Positions 44,882-59,101 of a stretch of 64,000 nt of DNA are shown here, one piece after another. Source of the stretch: Tubulanus polymorphus (Eukaryota; Animalia; Nemertea); assembly GCF_964204645.1 (NCBI RefSeq), contig NC_134030.1:14632110-14696109 (forward strand), read 5' to 3'. The translations under genes were made by a program, and so were the position numbers. The notes under the pieces are model-generated. The model worked only from the letters and a program-made list of their open reading frames with translations. It searched no databases and had not been told where the DNA came from. How positions within the stretch are numbered: position 1 is the first letter of the stretch; the number at the start of each line of letters is the position of its first letter.

Positions 44882-45230
44882 GCTAACCATAAGGCTTAAG
44901 AATGGTATTCAGACATTGGACTTGCCTCTACTAACATTGTCTGGTTGCGAAACGAGATGTCGTTTTGAGCCTCCAGCTCTCACTACAGTCGCGTTACGAG
45001 TCATTTGTGGAGTCGCCCGCTTGAACTTAACCTGGCAGGCTAAGCAACTGACTTGTTCGCAGGGAACGATGTACAATCTGCCGACTGCTTGCTCGGTGCC
45101 CCTACGGGTTAGTCTCTTCACAATGAGACAGCTCGTATCGGTTCCGAGTAAGGTTGTGCTTGTCGCGGTGTATCGTTCTTTTAGTACTGAATTACGAGAA
45201 GCGACTCAGCTGACAGTTTCGTCAGTGTAG
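44882..45230 (+). pseudogene. env: C-terminal continuation of the Gypsy env ORF after the Polinton B insertion
   Basis: Removing the element and one TSD copy restores the frame: GKYPVRLT|IRLKNGIQTLDLPLL...TVSSV*. Confidence 0.85.
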
Positions 45231-48218
45231 CCCGAGATCGTAGTAATAGATGATGAGGCCCAGACTGAACGTGGGCCCGGTGTACTGGCACTCACAGCTC
45301 CTCCTGGTGATGGGCTGTTGCCTCCGGATTATTCGGTAGGAATTCCCAGGAATTCTATGTTGGCTGATACCAGTAGACTGCATCCATATTTGTATTGAAA
45401 TTAAAATTCAAATATTATGACGAGGGCGCCCGGGTGCGCTCCGTGTCAAAATTGAATTAGTTGTATTATTAGTCGTAAGTATAATCTAATTAATAGTTGA
45501 ATCAGGATGCGTATGTCCTGTTGAATTATCGCAAAGTTTTGATTTATAGTAGATATCATTACATAAGAAATATGAAAATTTAGTATCATAATACTTAGTT
45601 CGCCAGTGAGTGAACTCATGGCCTGGTCATGAGTTACAGAAATAAGGAAAATCGTGACAATTGCTGATATTAATAATTGTAATTGACATGACATCGGCTT
45701 TAGCCTGACTATTAAAGAATCCGGTACTTATTATCGATAGTTTAAAGAGAAGTCATTAATTATCATTGCGAAAAAAAGAAGTTATTGTTAATAATAACAA
45801 TAAAACAAATACTGTTTGAATAAATACTGTTTGTTCGTTATGTTCGTTATGTATGAATAATCTCTGTATTATTATGATGTTAATTGTAGCATACCCGTAT
45901 CGGATGAGTTGGAATGAGACCGCCGAAGATACGATAGCACTAAGATGGAAGAATGCCTTCTTCTGTCGACCGCAATAGATGTTGATGGGTACCCCCTGAT
46001 AGTGACCATATGGAGATGGGGACTTGTTGGGAGGTATCCTAAAACTCTATTCGACGCAACTGATGGTTTGAAAAACCAGCAACTGGTATGCTCTGGCCGA
46101 GATGGGTGATATTAATTCACCGAAAAAGGAACAACTATATACAGCCTACAACAACGATCTAGGGCGTTGCCGTTTCAACGGGATGGAATCATGCTCGGTG
46201 ATTAGTCATGCGATTCTGGCCATTGTTAGTGGTGTTTGTCACTCTCGAAGACCTGTTATATACTCACAAACTTAAGTGATGAAGGGTGGACAAAGACACC
46301 TGGCCAATGCAATACGAAATATGAAGAAAAGTAATAATTTCCGTAGACATTTTAGCGGAGTAAAGCCGAGTGTGTTCAAGATGGCTCCCGTGTAGTTACA
46401 TTAACATTCGATGGAATGTTGTTCGCTCAAGCCGTAAGATGCGAATGCATTACTGTTATATACTAGCTGTGGAGAAAAGACTCCGATATTCACCATAGAA
46501 CTGTAACGTCTATGTGTACCAGTGAGCGTGTATTAGTAAAGAAATAATGCGGATTGCCGTACTGAACGATTTAGCGGTATGAGTTGCGGGAACTGCGGTG
46601 GATGACGTCATTCGTCCGTCCATGACGTACCTTGTTGTGTCTGGTAGCTGTTGCGTCACTTCGCGGTAAATTCTAAACTCAAACTGAGAACTGTTTTGTG
46701 CTTAACTTTCGACTGTTTAGTGTGCGGGGACAGTCGTCTCGAATGAACTTTTTTCCGATTGGGTATCCAGAACTTTAAAAGCGGTTTTATGATAAACTAT
46801 ATCATGAACTTTAATATGCGTTGTAGTGTCGAACTCTAAGAAATAGTTACTCGTTATAATGAATTGTTTACTAATGTTCTTTTTCAGGATTTGTTCTAGA
46901 GGTATCAGCGGGATTCACGAGTTGGTTTAAATTCAAAATTTCGGGACGAAATTTAAATTGGATAGGGAGTGTTGATCCACAGCTAGATTTTCGTAGTATT
47001 TGAAAATGTTTCGTAGTATTTAGAAATGTTCTTAATGTTGTTTCCGTATGCGTGGGGGTTACGTTAAAGCCGTCAGACAAGAACGTACTAGTAGTAAGAA
47101 TTACGAAAGTTCTTGTTTGATGCTTTCATCTACCAACGCAAACCATAAATCAGTCTGTAAACAACAATTTTTTCTCGGTTCTTCTGCTGTGAGATCTGGC
47201 AAACATTCAGAAAATCTTTATTTAAAACTTTTAAATAGTTGGAACCATATTTGGTTGGGTCGGAACAATGGAGTGTATTTATAATGAGGCTCGTGAAGGG
47301 ATCACGCTGATACTTGATGATATTCCCGGCTACTTTCCGTAAAAGGAAAAACCGGAAGTTTAGGAAGATGTGGTTTTGTTTTGCTTATCCTGTATTTAAA
47401 TAGAATTAGTTAAATTGTAGATAAAATAATTAGGATAAGTATTCCAAATAATTTAAGAATTGATAATCAATCACAATGTATTCCGAATCGTAGTTAATTA
47501 TAATAATTAAAAAAGAAACAATGAATTTGTACTGTAATTAGAAAAGAAAACAAAGTTTTGAAAAGATATTTAATTTGAGTAATCTAGATGTTGTTTAAGA
47601 ACAAATTGTTAATAATCGCTAATGTTTTAGAAAAATTATTTGTGTTAAATGTTAAAACTAGCTGTCTGAAGTTTCTGTTGTCTGTATGCGCTCGTTGGTA
47701 ATTCACAGACAATAGCTGCTCTCTCAACAACGACTAGCAAGGAGTGAGTAAATCACAACGCGTCATGACAGGAGGGTTGGAAGAAAAAGTTTATATCAGC
47801 AAATCAGTTTCTAAAAAACCTTTAGATCAGCAAATGAGTAGGGCTAAATTTTTAGTAACTAAAAACGGTCATGAAAGTTGGGTAGCTGCTCCTTGCCAAA
47901 AAGCGGAAGACCCTGCGTGGGAGAATCGGAATTCTGAGAATGCCGGTTCTTTCTACAAAAGGGGGCCGCTATCGAGAGAGAGAGGAGAGAATCTGTACCT
48001 TAGTAAGACGAGTGTCGACAGCAGGACAGGAGAACCTTCGGAACGATAGGGATTCATATACAATAGGGATTAGGAAAATCAATCTTTGTTCAAGGTAAAT
48101 AAAATATATTATCTTCAATATTATCATCCGGTATTTATTCATTCGGATTTGTGCACGGACACGTTCTCTCGCCAGGGCCTTACTCAAGTATTTTATAGAT
48201 AACGATTAAAGAGAGGAT

Positions 48219-48374
48219 TGTGACCGGTGTATCAATACCCTATTGCTGCTCTAATTTTATTGAGTACTTTAATTCAAGTTTGTATTTTCTATTTCTGCCT
48301 GAGAGATTTGATTTTGAGTTAACCATGGGCGAAAAAAGATTTTGTAATTTTTCTATCTGCTCCTGACGGTCACA
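48219..48374 (+). repeat. Possible short LTR (TG...CA) preceded by a polypurine tract
   Basis: TGTGACCG...CGGTCACA 8-bp inverted ends; AAAGAGAGGA just upstream; no second copy in the window. Confidence 0.35.
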
Positions 48375-49199
48375 AGTGGCGATTAAATAAAACAGTCAAA
48401 TTTGAAATCAGAATGCCTTTGGAAATTTCACCAAAAAAAATAATAAAACGAAATATAGCTGCGGGCAACAGGTTTTCCTACAGCTGCCACATGAGTATTC
48501 GAAATTGTTGGGTTGAAGGATTGCCATATCTCCATATAGTTTACTGTCATCCACAAAAGTATAAAATTAGTAGAAGCTATGAATCTCTCAGAGATATCGT
48601 TGATTGAAATTAGAAAAGGCGCAGAGTCTTAAGGAACCCCACTTAACATCAGACATAGCAGATATGGCCTTCCCAATTTGTCATCATCTTTCTTTCAGAA
48701 AATTTAATATCAAAAAGTGTATTATTGCAAAATGATGTTTTCAGGCCAGAGTAGGAGAGTACTACTCGTCCGCACTCCTAATCTTTTTCTATATAAATGG
48801 GAAACAGAAAGACATTCATGGCATCAATAGATAACGGAGTAAAACCTTCAAAACAACAATTTGAAATTATTTGATTAGTTGATGTTTCACAAGAAATTGA
48901 ACATAAGATATTAAAATTAGAAAAAATATAAACTAAATATAGTGAAAAAATATCAGCAAATGTAAATTATTGTAGTGTAAATCGGTATAGTTTTAACCAA
49001 AAAAAATGCTTCTCAACGTTACAAAAAGTCAGTCACACCACTTTTGAATGCTACCAAAAGAAGAATAATGTGCTCCAGTTCCAACTGTTTCTTTTAATGT
49101 ATAGCAGCTCCCTCTTAGATTGTATGTAATTAAAATCTTTATCAGACTGAAATGTTTTAACATATCTACAATGATTTCCTCTCGAGGATTTGCTAAAAA

Positions 49200-49800
49200 C
49201 TGTAACGTCAGTCACATGGAATAGCCCAAAACCAAATTTTCAACTGTCCTATATGAGGTGTCAGGGTTTTTAAGCTTTCCTGACTGTTTCAACATATTTC
49301 CGTCGATGGGAAAATCTCTATTTCTTTTCTGCAAGGTCTTATGTTTTTTACCCATCTGTGACTACAGTAATATACAGCATAGTGTTTAATTCAAGTAACA
49401 TTTTCATAATCTTCTCAACGTGCAGGGGTCTCATCGAAAAAGAATACATACACTTTTCAAATTGTTACATATGTCCCAACCAGTTGCTTGTACTTCAGTA
49501 GCAATTTGTGCAGCAACATCCAGCAGCTTCTGACCATCAAACTCCAGATTATTTCTATCTTGTAGCTTTTCAAAAGTTGACCAATTAACATTTAGCCCAT
49601 CCATTGACAGCCGCAAGAAGTTACGATATCCAAAACTGGGTTCCACTGTATTTACAAAAGCAATGCAAGTGAATATCACACTGTTTTTTGGAGCTTCTTA
49701 TCTATTAAGCTTTTATCAAACAAAAGTACATACCCATCAGCTTTTTTGTCTTTACCTCTATAAGAGTGGCAAATGCTGAAGCATGAAACCTACATCTATC
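49200..49800 (-). pseudogene. Heavily decayed hAT-like transposase fragment
   Basis: LSMDGLNVNW motif (cf. SMDGPNVN) in ORF 49431-49679. Confidence 0.45.
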
Positions 49801-50696
49801 AAATTTCTGTGCATGAAAATGTTTTTGCAATCTCACTATCTGCATACTACTGACCATCAATCAATCCTTTAATTTTGTTAGACAAGACAAATTTCAATTA
49901 TTACTAGTATTTTAAAGGTATTTCCAAAAGCTAATATATACTTGTCATGTGAGTTTCTTGGTTATAAGGATCATAAAATTCGAGAAATAGATTTGTATTC
50001 AATGATTATTTTTACTATTCCACATATAACTGGCATTATTGAAGCAGTTTAAACTTGCCACACACTGTCAATATTTTAATTATTTCTTACAAGTTATTTG
50101 TAATCAATCAATGAGTATTCTTCCCAAAACACCAGGAAAACTGAATTTATAGGTATTGTTACATCACTTTGTGGGCTGACTGACTGCAGGCGCGGATCCA
50201 GACTATCACACATGCAGCACGTGCAGTAGTCGCAGTTTTCATATGCCGTTGAAAAATTTTTTCAAAATGTGAATAAAATAAATTGCTCAAAATCAAAAAA
50301 GACAATTTTAGGCATTTTCCTTTACTCAAAAGGGTACTATTCTAAAAGACATTATTGTTGGTCTATAAATTAAATCGAAAAGGACAAATTTCGCCAAAAA
50401 TCTAAAATAAATTGCCTATGGGCAAAGTGTGGTTTACCTTGAAAGCTAGAGGTTGTTTGGAGTAAGGGCATTGCTTAAAAATCTTTTTACCTAATTCGTG
50501 ACATCAAAATTCCACAAGTTTACATTGTATTTTATCTTTCTTTAAGAATTATTTTGTAGTCAAATAAGACCAAAGATATATATTTGGTTACGGTCCACGT
50601 CCAAAAGTTTGTAGGGTACAGGTAGACGTGGCAGGGAAATTATTTTATATTTTCGAAAAAAATATGTTTCACAATATGAGAAAAATATTCAAATAA

Positions 50697-51266
50697 GGCC
50701 ATCCCAAAATAATTGTCTGTTTGCCGTAACACCGATTCAACTTTTCAGGATGAGTCGGTAGGTAAGAAAAAATTTTTTTTGCTAAATTTTTGGGCCCAAA
50801 AAACAAATTTATCACATTTTTACATGGAAACAATATCGCAAAAATCATCTACGTTGTTCACGGGAAATTTGTCTAATAGCGTAGATTTCGAGAATTATTC
50901 TAAAATTATAACTTCGTCCAGAGCGTCATCTCTGTGTTAAAAATGAAACAGTACATTGAATATGTGCCCGGTTTTACGTTACCAGCTTTGATGTAGTCAC
51001 TATGAGAATGAATGTCAGCTTATTGGAACACTGCCAGTTTCCTAGAAAACTTAAATTAGGCCACATTGACAAGGCATGTTTTCACACGATGCACACTTGA
51101 ATTCAAACATATATAATACGTAGCTCATACGTAGGCAGTGGGTCGGTCGGCCGTTTTTGTCAAAAATAAAATTTATTTCAATGAACCCCAGAAAAAAAGT
51201 TTTCACGGTACCTTTGAAGTCGGGTCGGTCGGGTTACGGCAAACAGACCGTTAATATGGGATGGCC
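50697..51266. mobile_element. PIF/Harbinger-like MITE
   Basis: TIRs GGCCATCCCA...TGTTTGCCGTAAC and GTTACGGCAAACA...TGGGATGGCC, flanked by a TAA TSD on both sides. Confidence 0.7.
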
Positions 51267-51507
51267 TAAAATTCATATGATGTCACACATCAGAGGGTGG
51301 CTGAATATTGAGTCATGGAAACCTCTTCCAATGTTGGCCGCGGAAGTTAAAATACCGGTACAGAAGAAATCGGTTATTAGATCGTTTTAAATCCTGGAAT
51401 TTACGACTACAATATTCAGACCTCGACCTATACTTTTAGTTTGCTGCTTAATATTTTCAGGTCACAAGTAATTACAATTTATTATGCAAGCTGCTTATGA
51501 AAAGTCA

Positions 51508-51732
51508 TCAGCTAAACGATTTTGGGTTATCTGGTATAGGAGGCCAAGCCTCAGTCATTTCACCGACCCTGTTATCCTGATCGATGGGCAGGCTAGCTTC
51601 TTGTTTCAACAGATGTAATTGTCCAAGTTTTTCTCCATCTAATGTTTCTATAATGTCTTCCTCTAGATTTTTGCCATATTGCTGCAATTTACTACGCTTA
51701 ACGAGCTGTTTAGACATGATGTGGACATAATT
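51508..51732 (-). CDS. SDHAF3: SDHAF3 (ACN9) exon 2
   Basis: Acceptor TTTTGTAG|AAT in phase 0; NYVHIMSKQ...GKNL...EKLGQLHLLKQEA matches the SDHAF3 C-terminal pattern. Confidence 0.8.
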   Translation of the reverse strand, partial: NYVHIMSKQLVKRSKLQQYGKNLEEDIIETLDGEKLGQLHLLKQEASLPIDQDNRVGEMTEAWPPIPDNPKSFS

Positions 51733-53222
51733 CTACAAAATGAAAACAGAAATAGATGTTTAGAAGTTTGTGGCATCTATGTACATGTATTGCTAAAATT
51801 TTAGCATATTTAAAACCCTAGGTATCCAACATTCTCAAAGTATCGATATATATATATGTGTTGTTAAAATGTTGGCATACTAAACTAGGGGTCCAGGGAC
51901 ACCATGCCCACTTGGGAAGAATTTTCAAATGCTCAACAATTTCAATATTCAATGCCCCCTAGTGACCATATACTAAAACCAAAGATGCCTGCATGATATT
52001 CTCTGTAATTAGTAATAGTATACTGTGCATAGTTCGTATCTTTTCATGTCATTTCTTGAAAAGGACTCGAAGAGATGAGTCGAAATCGATCGAAACGTTT
52101 GAACATGTAAATAAACTCAATTTCATCATGAAGATTGTGATAGTTGCATTTTTATTATTTTTTAACTAACTGGATACTCTTCTGAAATTATAAAACCAAA
52201 GACCTTGAAACTCACTAGGTGCAGGCCTCGAAGTTACCAGCAGCAGCGGCGGCATTTGTCGTTTGTTACACAACAACTGCTGCCCGTTGGTCTCGTTACC
52301 GGCAGCAGAAATGCCGTCGGTAAATTCATTTCTATTATTGCTGCAGGTGATATAAATAAACTGCGGCACAACTGGCTCACAATAAAGGTCAGTCATCAAT
52401 CAACTGCAGTTCTTGACGCTGCATTATAAAAGCGCTGCCACTTGACCTATCTATCTAACTTCAGTCAGAGAGCTCCCTCCAGATTTACTGATAAGAAAAC
52501 CAGCATACATTTTGAAGAAATATGGCATTAGCAGTGAGCCGCGTATGTCAAAAGATGTTTCTCTTCTATTTTGTAGTTATTTAAACTCTGCTATCTTTAA
52601 TAAAATTCTGTACATTTATTCTGTCCCTCAAGACCAACCAAAATTCAAGGCCATTTGAGATGCACATTCAAGGCTTTCTACCCCCATGAAAAATTTTTTT
52701 TACGGTAATATGTCCTCGCTTCATCCATTCAAAAACAATCAAAACAGGGTTCGTTGTGCCACTGCTGACCCGAATTCACCGATATTGACTGACACAGCCA
52801 ACTACAGCTACTTTTAAGAAATTTAATAATTTTGAGCCACTGACCTACACTAATGACGTTTTAATTAGTTGAAGTACAAATTTTTCTCGAAAATAACGGA
52901 AAAAAATAAGTGTGAAAATTGTATTCGGTTGAATTCAAATGATGGGAGAAAACTTACTTTTTGCAAGTACTTAAGATGAAAATATCAAGCAAAAAATCAT
53001 TTCTTATTAAATCTGATGAAAACACCACCCAGATGATTTTGGCGGGATTTCAGAGGGGATCCATGGTCCAAGTCAATTGACACCATATCCGTCAAAAGCG
53101 CTAATACATGAAGCCATAACACATAACTGAGTGATGATTCATCATGAATGTACATAGCATTGGGTTTCCCAAATGACTCAAATAGACAGTTACTGTACAA
53201 CATAGGTCTCCAAGGATATGAA

Positions 53223-54488
53223 ACTAGGGGTCCAGGGACACCATGCCCACTTGGGAAGTGGTTTCAAATGCTCAACAATCTAACAATTTCAATATTCAAC
53301 GCCCTCTGGTGACTATATACAAAAACCAATGACCTTAAACTCAATACAATCATAAAACATGTCAGCAGCTACGATTTTGTAATTGATTGTGATAACAAAA
53401 AATGTCTCGTTACCAATTTAATATGGAAATACTAAGTTATTCTACTATTCGACGCACCCTGGTGACCATATTCAAAACCCAATAACCTTGTAACTCACCA
53501 TATTCATAGAAAATGTCATGAACTACAACTTTGCAATTGATCATGGTCACAAAATATGCCTAGGTACCAATATAATAAGGAAATACCAGGTTATTCTACT
53601 ATTCAAAGCCCCCTGGTGACCATATAGAATAACTAATTTCCTTAAAACTCACCACACTAAAGATGATGTCATGAGCTAGAACTTTGCAATTGATTACGGT
53701 AACAAAATATGTATTGGTACAAATATAATATAGAAATACTAAAATATTGTATTATTCAACGCCCCCTGGTGGCCATATACAAAAAACAATGAACTTGAAA
53801 CTCAACCCAATCATAGAACACGTTATACGCTACAAGGTTGTAATTCATTATTGTAACAAAATATGCTTAGGTATCAATATAATGTCGAAAAACTTTTTCC
53901 CACCTACGAATGAGTACTAATGACACCAAGATGGCCGCCAATTGCGTCATAATTGGCGGATCAAAAATACCTGTCACAGGTATAAAACATCCCTTTACAA
54001 AGAATACCCATCACAAATTGCAATGAGAAATGGCTAACCAATAGGAAGCTACAGGACCTAGAATTCTGGCCAAAATTGACATTTTTGGGCACTAAAAAGG
54101 TCATAAGACGGCCATCTTGAGTCAGATGGACCCAATTTTTCGCATGCTGATGGGCGCTTGGTAGATCAAAATATAATCGAAAGATCAAGGTAATTGATCA
54201 AAGTGTCTTCAAAATTTCCCTCGTAAACTTCGAAAATGCGTAAAAAGTGCTGATTTTGGCGAACAACAATGGCTGCCAGTCCGCCATCTTGATTCTAACA
54301 GGGCCAGTTTTTGGGCTGAAGATGTGTCTAGGGTAGATACATGTATGAACCAAATATCAAGACATTACCTTGAAGCGTCTTCAAAACTTCCCAAAATAAC
54401 TGGATTCCGTCTACGGACGGACAAACGCTACGATGGACGAAAAGTGAACGTAATAGCCCGCTGGGACTAAAGTCCCAAGTGGGCTAAA
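53223..54488 (-). mobile_element. Complete HINE-like (Helentron-type) non-autonomous element
   Basis: Both ends present (ACTAGGGGTCCAGGGACACC and GCCCGCTGGGACTAAAGTCCCAAGTGGGCTAAAAA), with four internal ~155-bp units. Confidence 0.75.
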
Positions 54489-55001
54489 AAGAAATCAATA
54501 CGATTTATATACCATGCAGTAGACATTGTCACTCTGTTATCCATCAAATTTCCATCATTACAAAAAAATCATAAATCTACAGATTTGCAACATTTTCGAA
54601 ATTCAAGGCCCTAAAATCTACTTTCAAGACCTTAGTGCTTTTCAAGGCCTTGAATTTCCTTTTGACAATTCAAGGCTATTCAAGGATTTCAAGGCCCGCT
54701 ACAAACCCTGATTTTTGCCGTAGGTTTTCACAATTACGGAGGCCAGTTGGGATTCTAAAATGCTGATGGTCTTTGGTAAAATGCTGTCAGTTGCTTTAGC
54801 AACCCACAGCATTTTGAACTTTTGCTGCAGGTCTGATTTATCCAATTTCGAGGCCTGAGGTACCGATATAATATAGAAATACTAGATTATTCTACTATTC
54901 AACGCCCCCTGTTGACCATATGCAAAACCCAATAACCTCCACAATTATAGGACATGTCATAAGCTACTTTGCAATTGATCATGGTAACAAAATATGCCTG
55001 A

Positions 55002-57145
55002 AGTCTGTCTCAGTCCAGTTTGCCGCGGCACATCAAAGCTTTACTATCATAACATTGCCTGATTCCTGTGGTTACTGCATGGCAACTACGATCTCCACAG
55101 CAGGATATCTGGCAGCTGTATCCAAGAGTGCATATTATGTAGGTATCTTACTGACCAGTATATGTGTAGCCTTCATACCATAAACACGTCTTCGAAAAGT
55201 TATAAAAATGTTATCATTTTATTCCTGCGGATTTGTATTTTTCCTGTTTTTGTTCTACATGATGCCTGCGACACCATCTACTTCTTCTGGATTGAAAAAA
55301 ACATTCTTAATGGACACCGATTATTTCTAAAGAAAGAACTATATTTTGAAAGTTTGGAACTATTTTCGAGAAAAATACAAGAAATTAACTGTAGAAAAAG
55401 TGGATATTGAAACTGGAAGGCAACAGGGGTAAGCGAGCGATCAGTTCGTAATATATGGAAACAAATGAAGGACACTGGACGAGTTAAAACACCGCGAAAA
55501 CCTTAAGATTTAAAACCCCAGTATGGTAAAAATATAGCCGGTCTGGATGGTATGGTACTTTCGAACATCCGTCGTATAGTTCATGACTTCTTCCGCATAA
55601 ATGAACCACTGACTCTCAACAAAATTTTGCAGAAATGCAAAGATGGTGACGATATCCCCAAAATATCCAGGGCCACACTTCACAGAATTTTGAGGGATAT
55701 TGGATTCAAGTTTAGCGTAAAAGAGAGCGCAAAATTGTTTGTTGATAGAAAAATATGAAATCGTTAGCTGTCGCAACAAGTATTTGCTAGGAATTAAAAA
55801 GTAGCGCAAACAAGGAAGGCCAATTTTTAACCTGGATGAAACTTGGCTTAATGCTGGGTCAGTCCTTGATAGTATCACGGTGGATATGAACATTAAAAGC
55901 CGTAAAAGTGCCTGGTTAGATGGATTGACAACAGGCCTTAAAGATCCAACCGGCAAAGTTGACTGGCTAATAATTCTACATGTTGGTAGCAAAGATGGTT
56001 TTTTGTAAGGTGGCAAACTAATTTTTAAATTAGGAGGGAAAAATGCCAATTACCACAATGATATGAACGGAGAAAACTTTGAAAAGTGGTTCAAAGACAC
56101 ATTTTTTACCTAAGTTGCCTCCTAATTCAGTGATCGTCATGGACAATGCGAGTTACCACTCCGTGAGAATGGAAAGCATTCCAACTTCGAATTCACTGAA
56201 AGAGGATATGGAGGTCTGGTTGAGCCAGAAAAGCATATTTTGGTCACCTGACATTCTTCAGCACAAACCGCGTTATCTTTCGTACAAAGTGGATGTTTTG
56301 GCGGAAGAAAATGGCCATTCAGTTTTGAGGTTGCCCCCATACCACTGTGATTGAGATGTTATGGGCCAACATCAAAGGATGCGCAGCTGCGAACAATAAA
56401 ACCTTTAAGCTGGATGATGTAAAATTACTTTCAATTGATGCCATGTCTCGTGTCACTGCCGATCATTGGAAGAACTATATAGCCCATGTCATAAAAGTGG
56501 AGGATAAAATGATCGAGATAGAGGGCATCATGGACAATGTCATAGAACAAATTGTTATCAACCTCGGAGACGATAGTGATTACTCAGATCAATCGAAATC
56601 AGACGACAGTGATTGGGGTGAATCCTGGGAGATGGACTATGATTATGATATCAATGCGCTTTGATTTGGATCTCTGGTGGATTAATTTATTTGTATTGAA
56701 TAAATAACAAATATTGTGTGTCTCCTGAAGTGATATTTTTACATTTTACTTATTTATTTGCCTCTCCAGCTGTGTTGTATGTTCTAAATCTTAACAGATT
56801 CCAGGAAATTGGTCCATCAAAACACCCCTGACAACTTCAAAACAAACATGAAAACTGTGTATAAAAGTTATGCACTTTTGGATACTCCAAGAACTGAAAA
56901 TTCATGAAGTCATTCTAAGATATAGCTGACATGCAACAAGGTAGTAAAGCATAACTAGATTCGTTTGCATTCTTGCTCCTGTTACCCACTCATTACGGTT
57001 ACTATAGCAACAGTCAGCTGATTTTGCTGACTCACTGAATCTTTGCACGAGGTCCAGCCACTTCAGCTGTCAGTACTAATTAACATGCGTACATTTGATC
57101 TCCTTTGCCTAACAAATGCCGCGGCAAACTGGGCTGAGACAGACT
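55002..57145 (+). mobile_element. IS630/Tc1-superfamily DNA transposon with decayed transposase (~55300-56664, long D-E spacer, possibly Sailor-like), nested in a HINE fragment
   Basis: TIRs AGTCTGTCTCAGTCCAGTTTGCCGCGGCA and TGCCGCGGCAAACTGGGCTGAGACAGACT; motifs LDETW, VIVMDNASYHS and LRLPPYHC..IEMLW; HINE units on both sides. Confidence 0.8.
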
Positions 57146-57656
57146 TAAGGTACCAATATAATAAGAAATACTAAGTTATTCTACTATTCAATGCCCCCTG
57201 GTGACCATATAGAATATCTAATAACTCTGAAACTCACCACAATCAGACCATGTCATGAGTAAAAACTTTGCAATTGATTGTGGTAGGCTAACAAAATATG
57301 TATAGGTACCAATATAATATAGAGATACAAAGTTATTGTATTATTCAACGCCCTCTGGTCGCCATATAGAATAACTGATGACCTTGAAACTCACCACAAT
57401 GATAGAACATGCTAGGAGCTACAACTTCACAATTGATTGTGGTAACAAAATATGCTAAGTTATCAATATAATGTGGAAAACCATTTTTCCACCTACGAAT
57501 GACTACTGATAACACCAAGATGGCCGCCAATTGTGTGATCATTGGCTGACCAAAAATACCTGTCTAAGGTATTAAAGAACCCTTTCGAAAGAATACCCAT
57601 TCTCACAAACTGTTTGATCATAATCTGATAAGTAGGGGTTTAACTTGTAGCTCTAC

Positions 57657-58520
57657 TGTTGTCGAAGTGTACTGTACTGTAATCCCCTTTTTACGCTACA
57701 AATTTCCTGCAATAAAACTCGTTCGCATAGCATGTTCTTGTCGCATTACGCCACCAGCCTACTTGACGGGTGGATCTTAATTCATAGTTTGCAAACGAAG
57801 TTATAAGTAGTTATACATATGTAATACATAGATCAATATCTGAGTAATTCAACGTCGTTTATTTGTTTGATCTGATATGTTATTTGTATTTTCAGTTAAC
57901 GGAAGTTCAATAAAGCATTCCTGTAAAAACTGTTTTCCACAGTTACTTTTATGTTATCTTGAGGGTTCTGTCCCTGACTTAGAAAGAGTTAAAACTTTTT
58001 CATCCATCATGGAAGACCTAGATGAGAATGTTCTAGCGCCTACCTCGAGCATTGCGGATTTGAAAGCTAATCTGAGGCTTATGCTGGATGGCTCACGAAG
58101 AATATCAATTCGTGTGAAGCGTTACTCGGGACTGCGAAATCGTCTACCGTCCTGTCCTGCGAGTGCGATTGTTTATTGAATTCGCTTGAGAATTTACGTC
58201 GTTCTCATAACACGTACGAGCCTTTACTCACCGATGAGTTAGTTGAACTATCCGAAGAATCCTGGTTTGAAGAATATTATGCATCCGTGATGGTCGTAAT
58301 CAAGAAGCTCGAATCTAAAATTCACGAATTGAGGGAGCGAAGTGTAGCCGGTTCCGTTACAGGTTCAGCCGGTAAATGCTCTCAACGACCATCCGTGCCG
58401 TCAGATGATGCTTTGAAGTAAGCACTATTGAACGTCGAGTTAGCCAAGTTGACAATTAGTCAAACTCAGCGTCGGGTTGAGTTGACACAAGAGATTTCAC
58501 AGTGCCACAGGTTGAAACAA
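57657..58520 (+). mobile_element. Possible truncated BEL/Pao LTR plus gag N-terminal remnant
   Basis: LTR-like segment with AATAAA followed by broken coiled-coil ORFs (WFEEY...RSVAGSVTGS...ELAKL); weak recognition only. Confidence 0.35.
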
Positions 58521-58754
58521 TAAGTTGAAACACTACCGGTACGTCAATAATTGTATAAATAGCGTGAGCCAGACAAAACTTCACACCATATAAACTTATT
58601 ACCTATCGACATACCTAGCGACCGATCTGACGGAAAGTTGGCTCCCTTGTCTTTTTATATAGTACCTAGGATACTGGGGTCAAAATCCTTTTGTGTCAAG
58701 TTCCTGTGTGTGATTTGAAACCGTATTTAAGGATAATCCAAAAAGTCTTCCTTG

Positions 58755-58905
58755 AAAGGGGTTATAAAGCGAAAAGTGACTCCGTGATTTGAAAGTTTTA
58801 ACAATATGTTATCATGCCTACATACTAAACTTCAGTTGGTAGGCATGGAAACATATTGTTTAACTTTCAAATCATGGAGTCTCTTTTCTCTCACGAACCC
58901 CTTTT
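58755..58905. repeat. Short foldback/MITE-like palindrome
   Basis: GACTCCGTGATTTGAAAGT...AACAATATGTT..CATGCCTAC is mirrored by GTAGGCATG..AACATATTGTT...ACTTTCAAATCATGGAGTC. Confidence 0.6.
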
Positions 58906-59101
58906 AAAAACGTGAATTTCAAATCTGAAGATGATGATTTCTCTAGGTTATGGTATTCCCAAGACTTCGTTGTCTAATTTAATATAACCAATTGGGTTTG
59001 AGTTGTGCGGCAGACGAAAAAAATGTCAGGGCAGTTTCAGGTGGCTTGAACAGTGCTAATGGATTAACTCAATTTTGATTAGAACTGAAACTGAGACTTA
59101 C

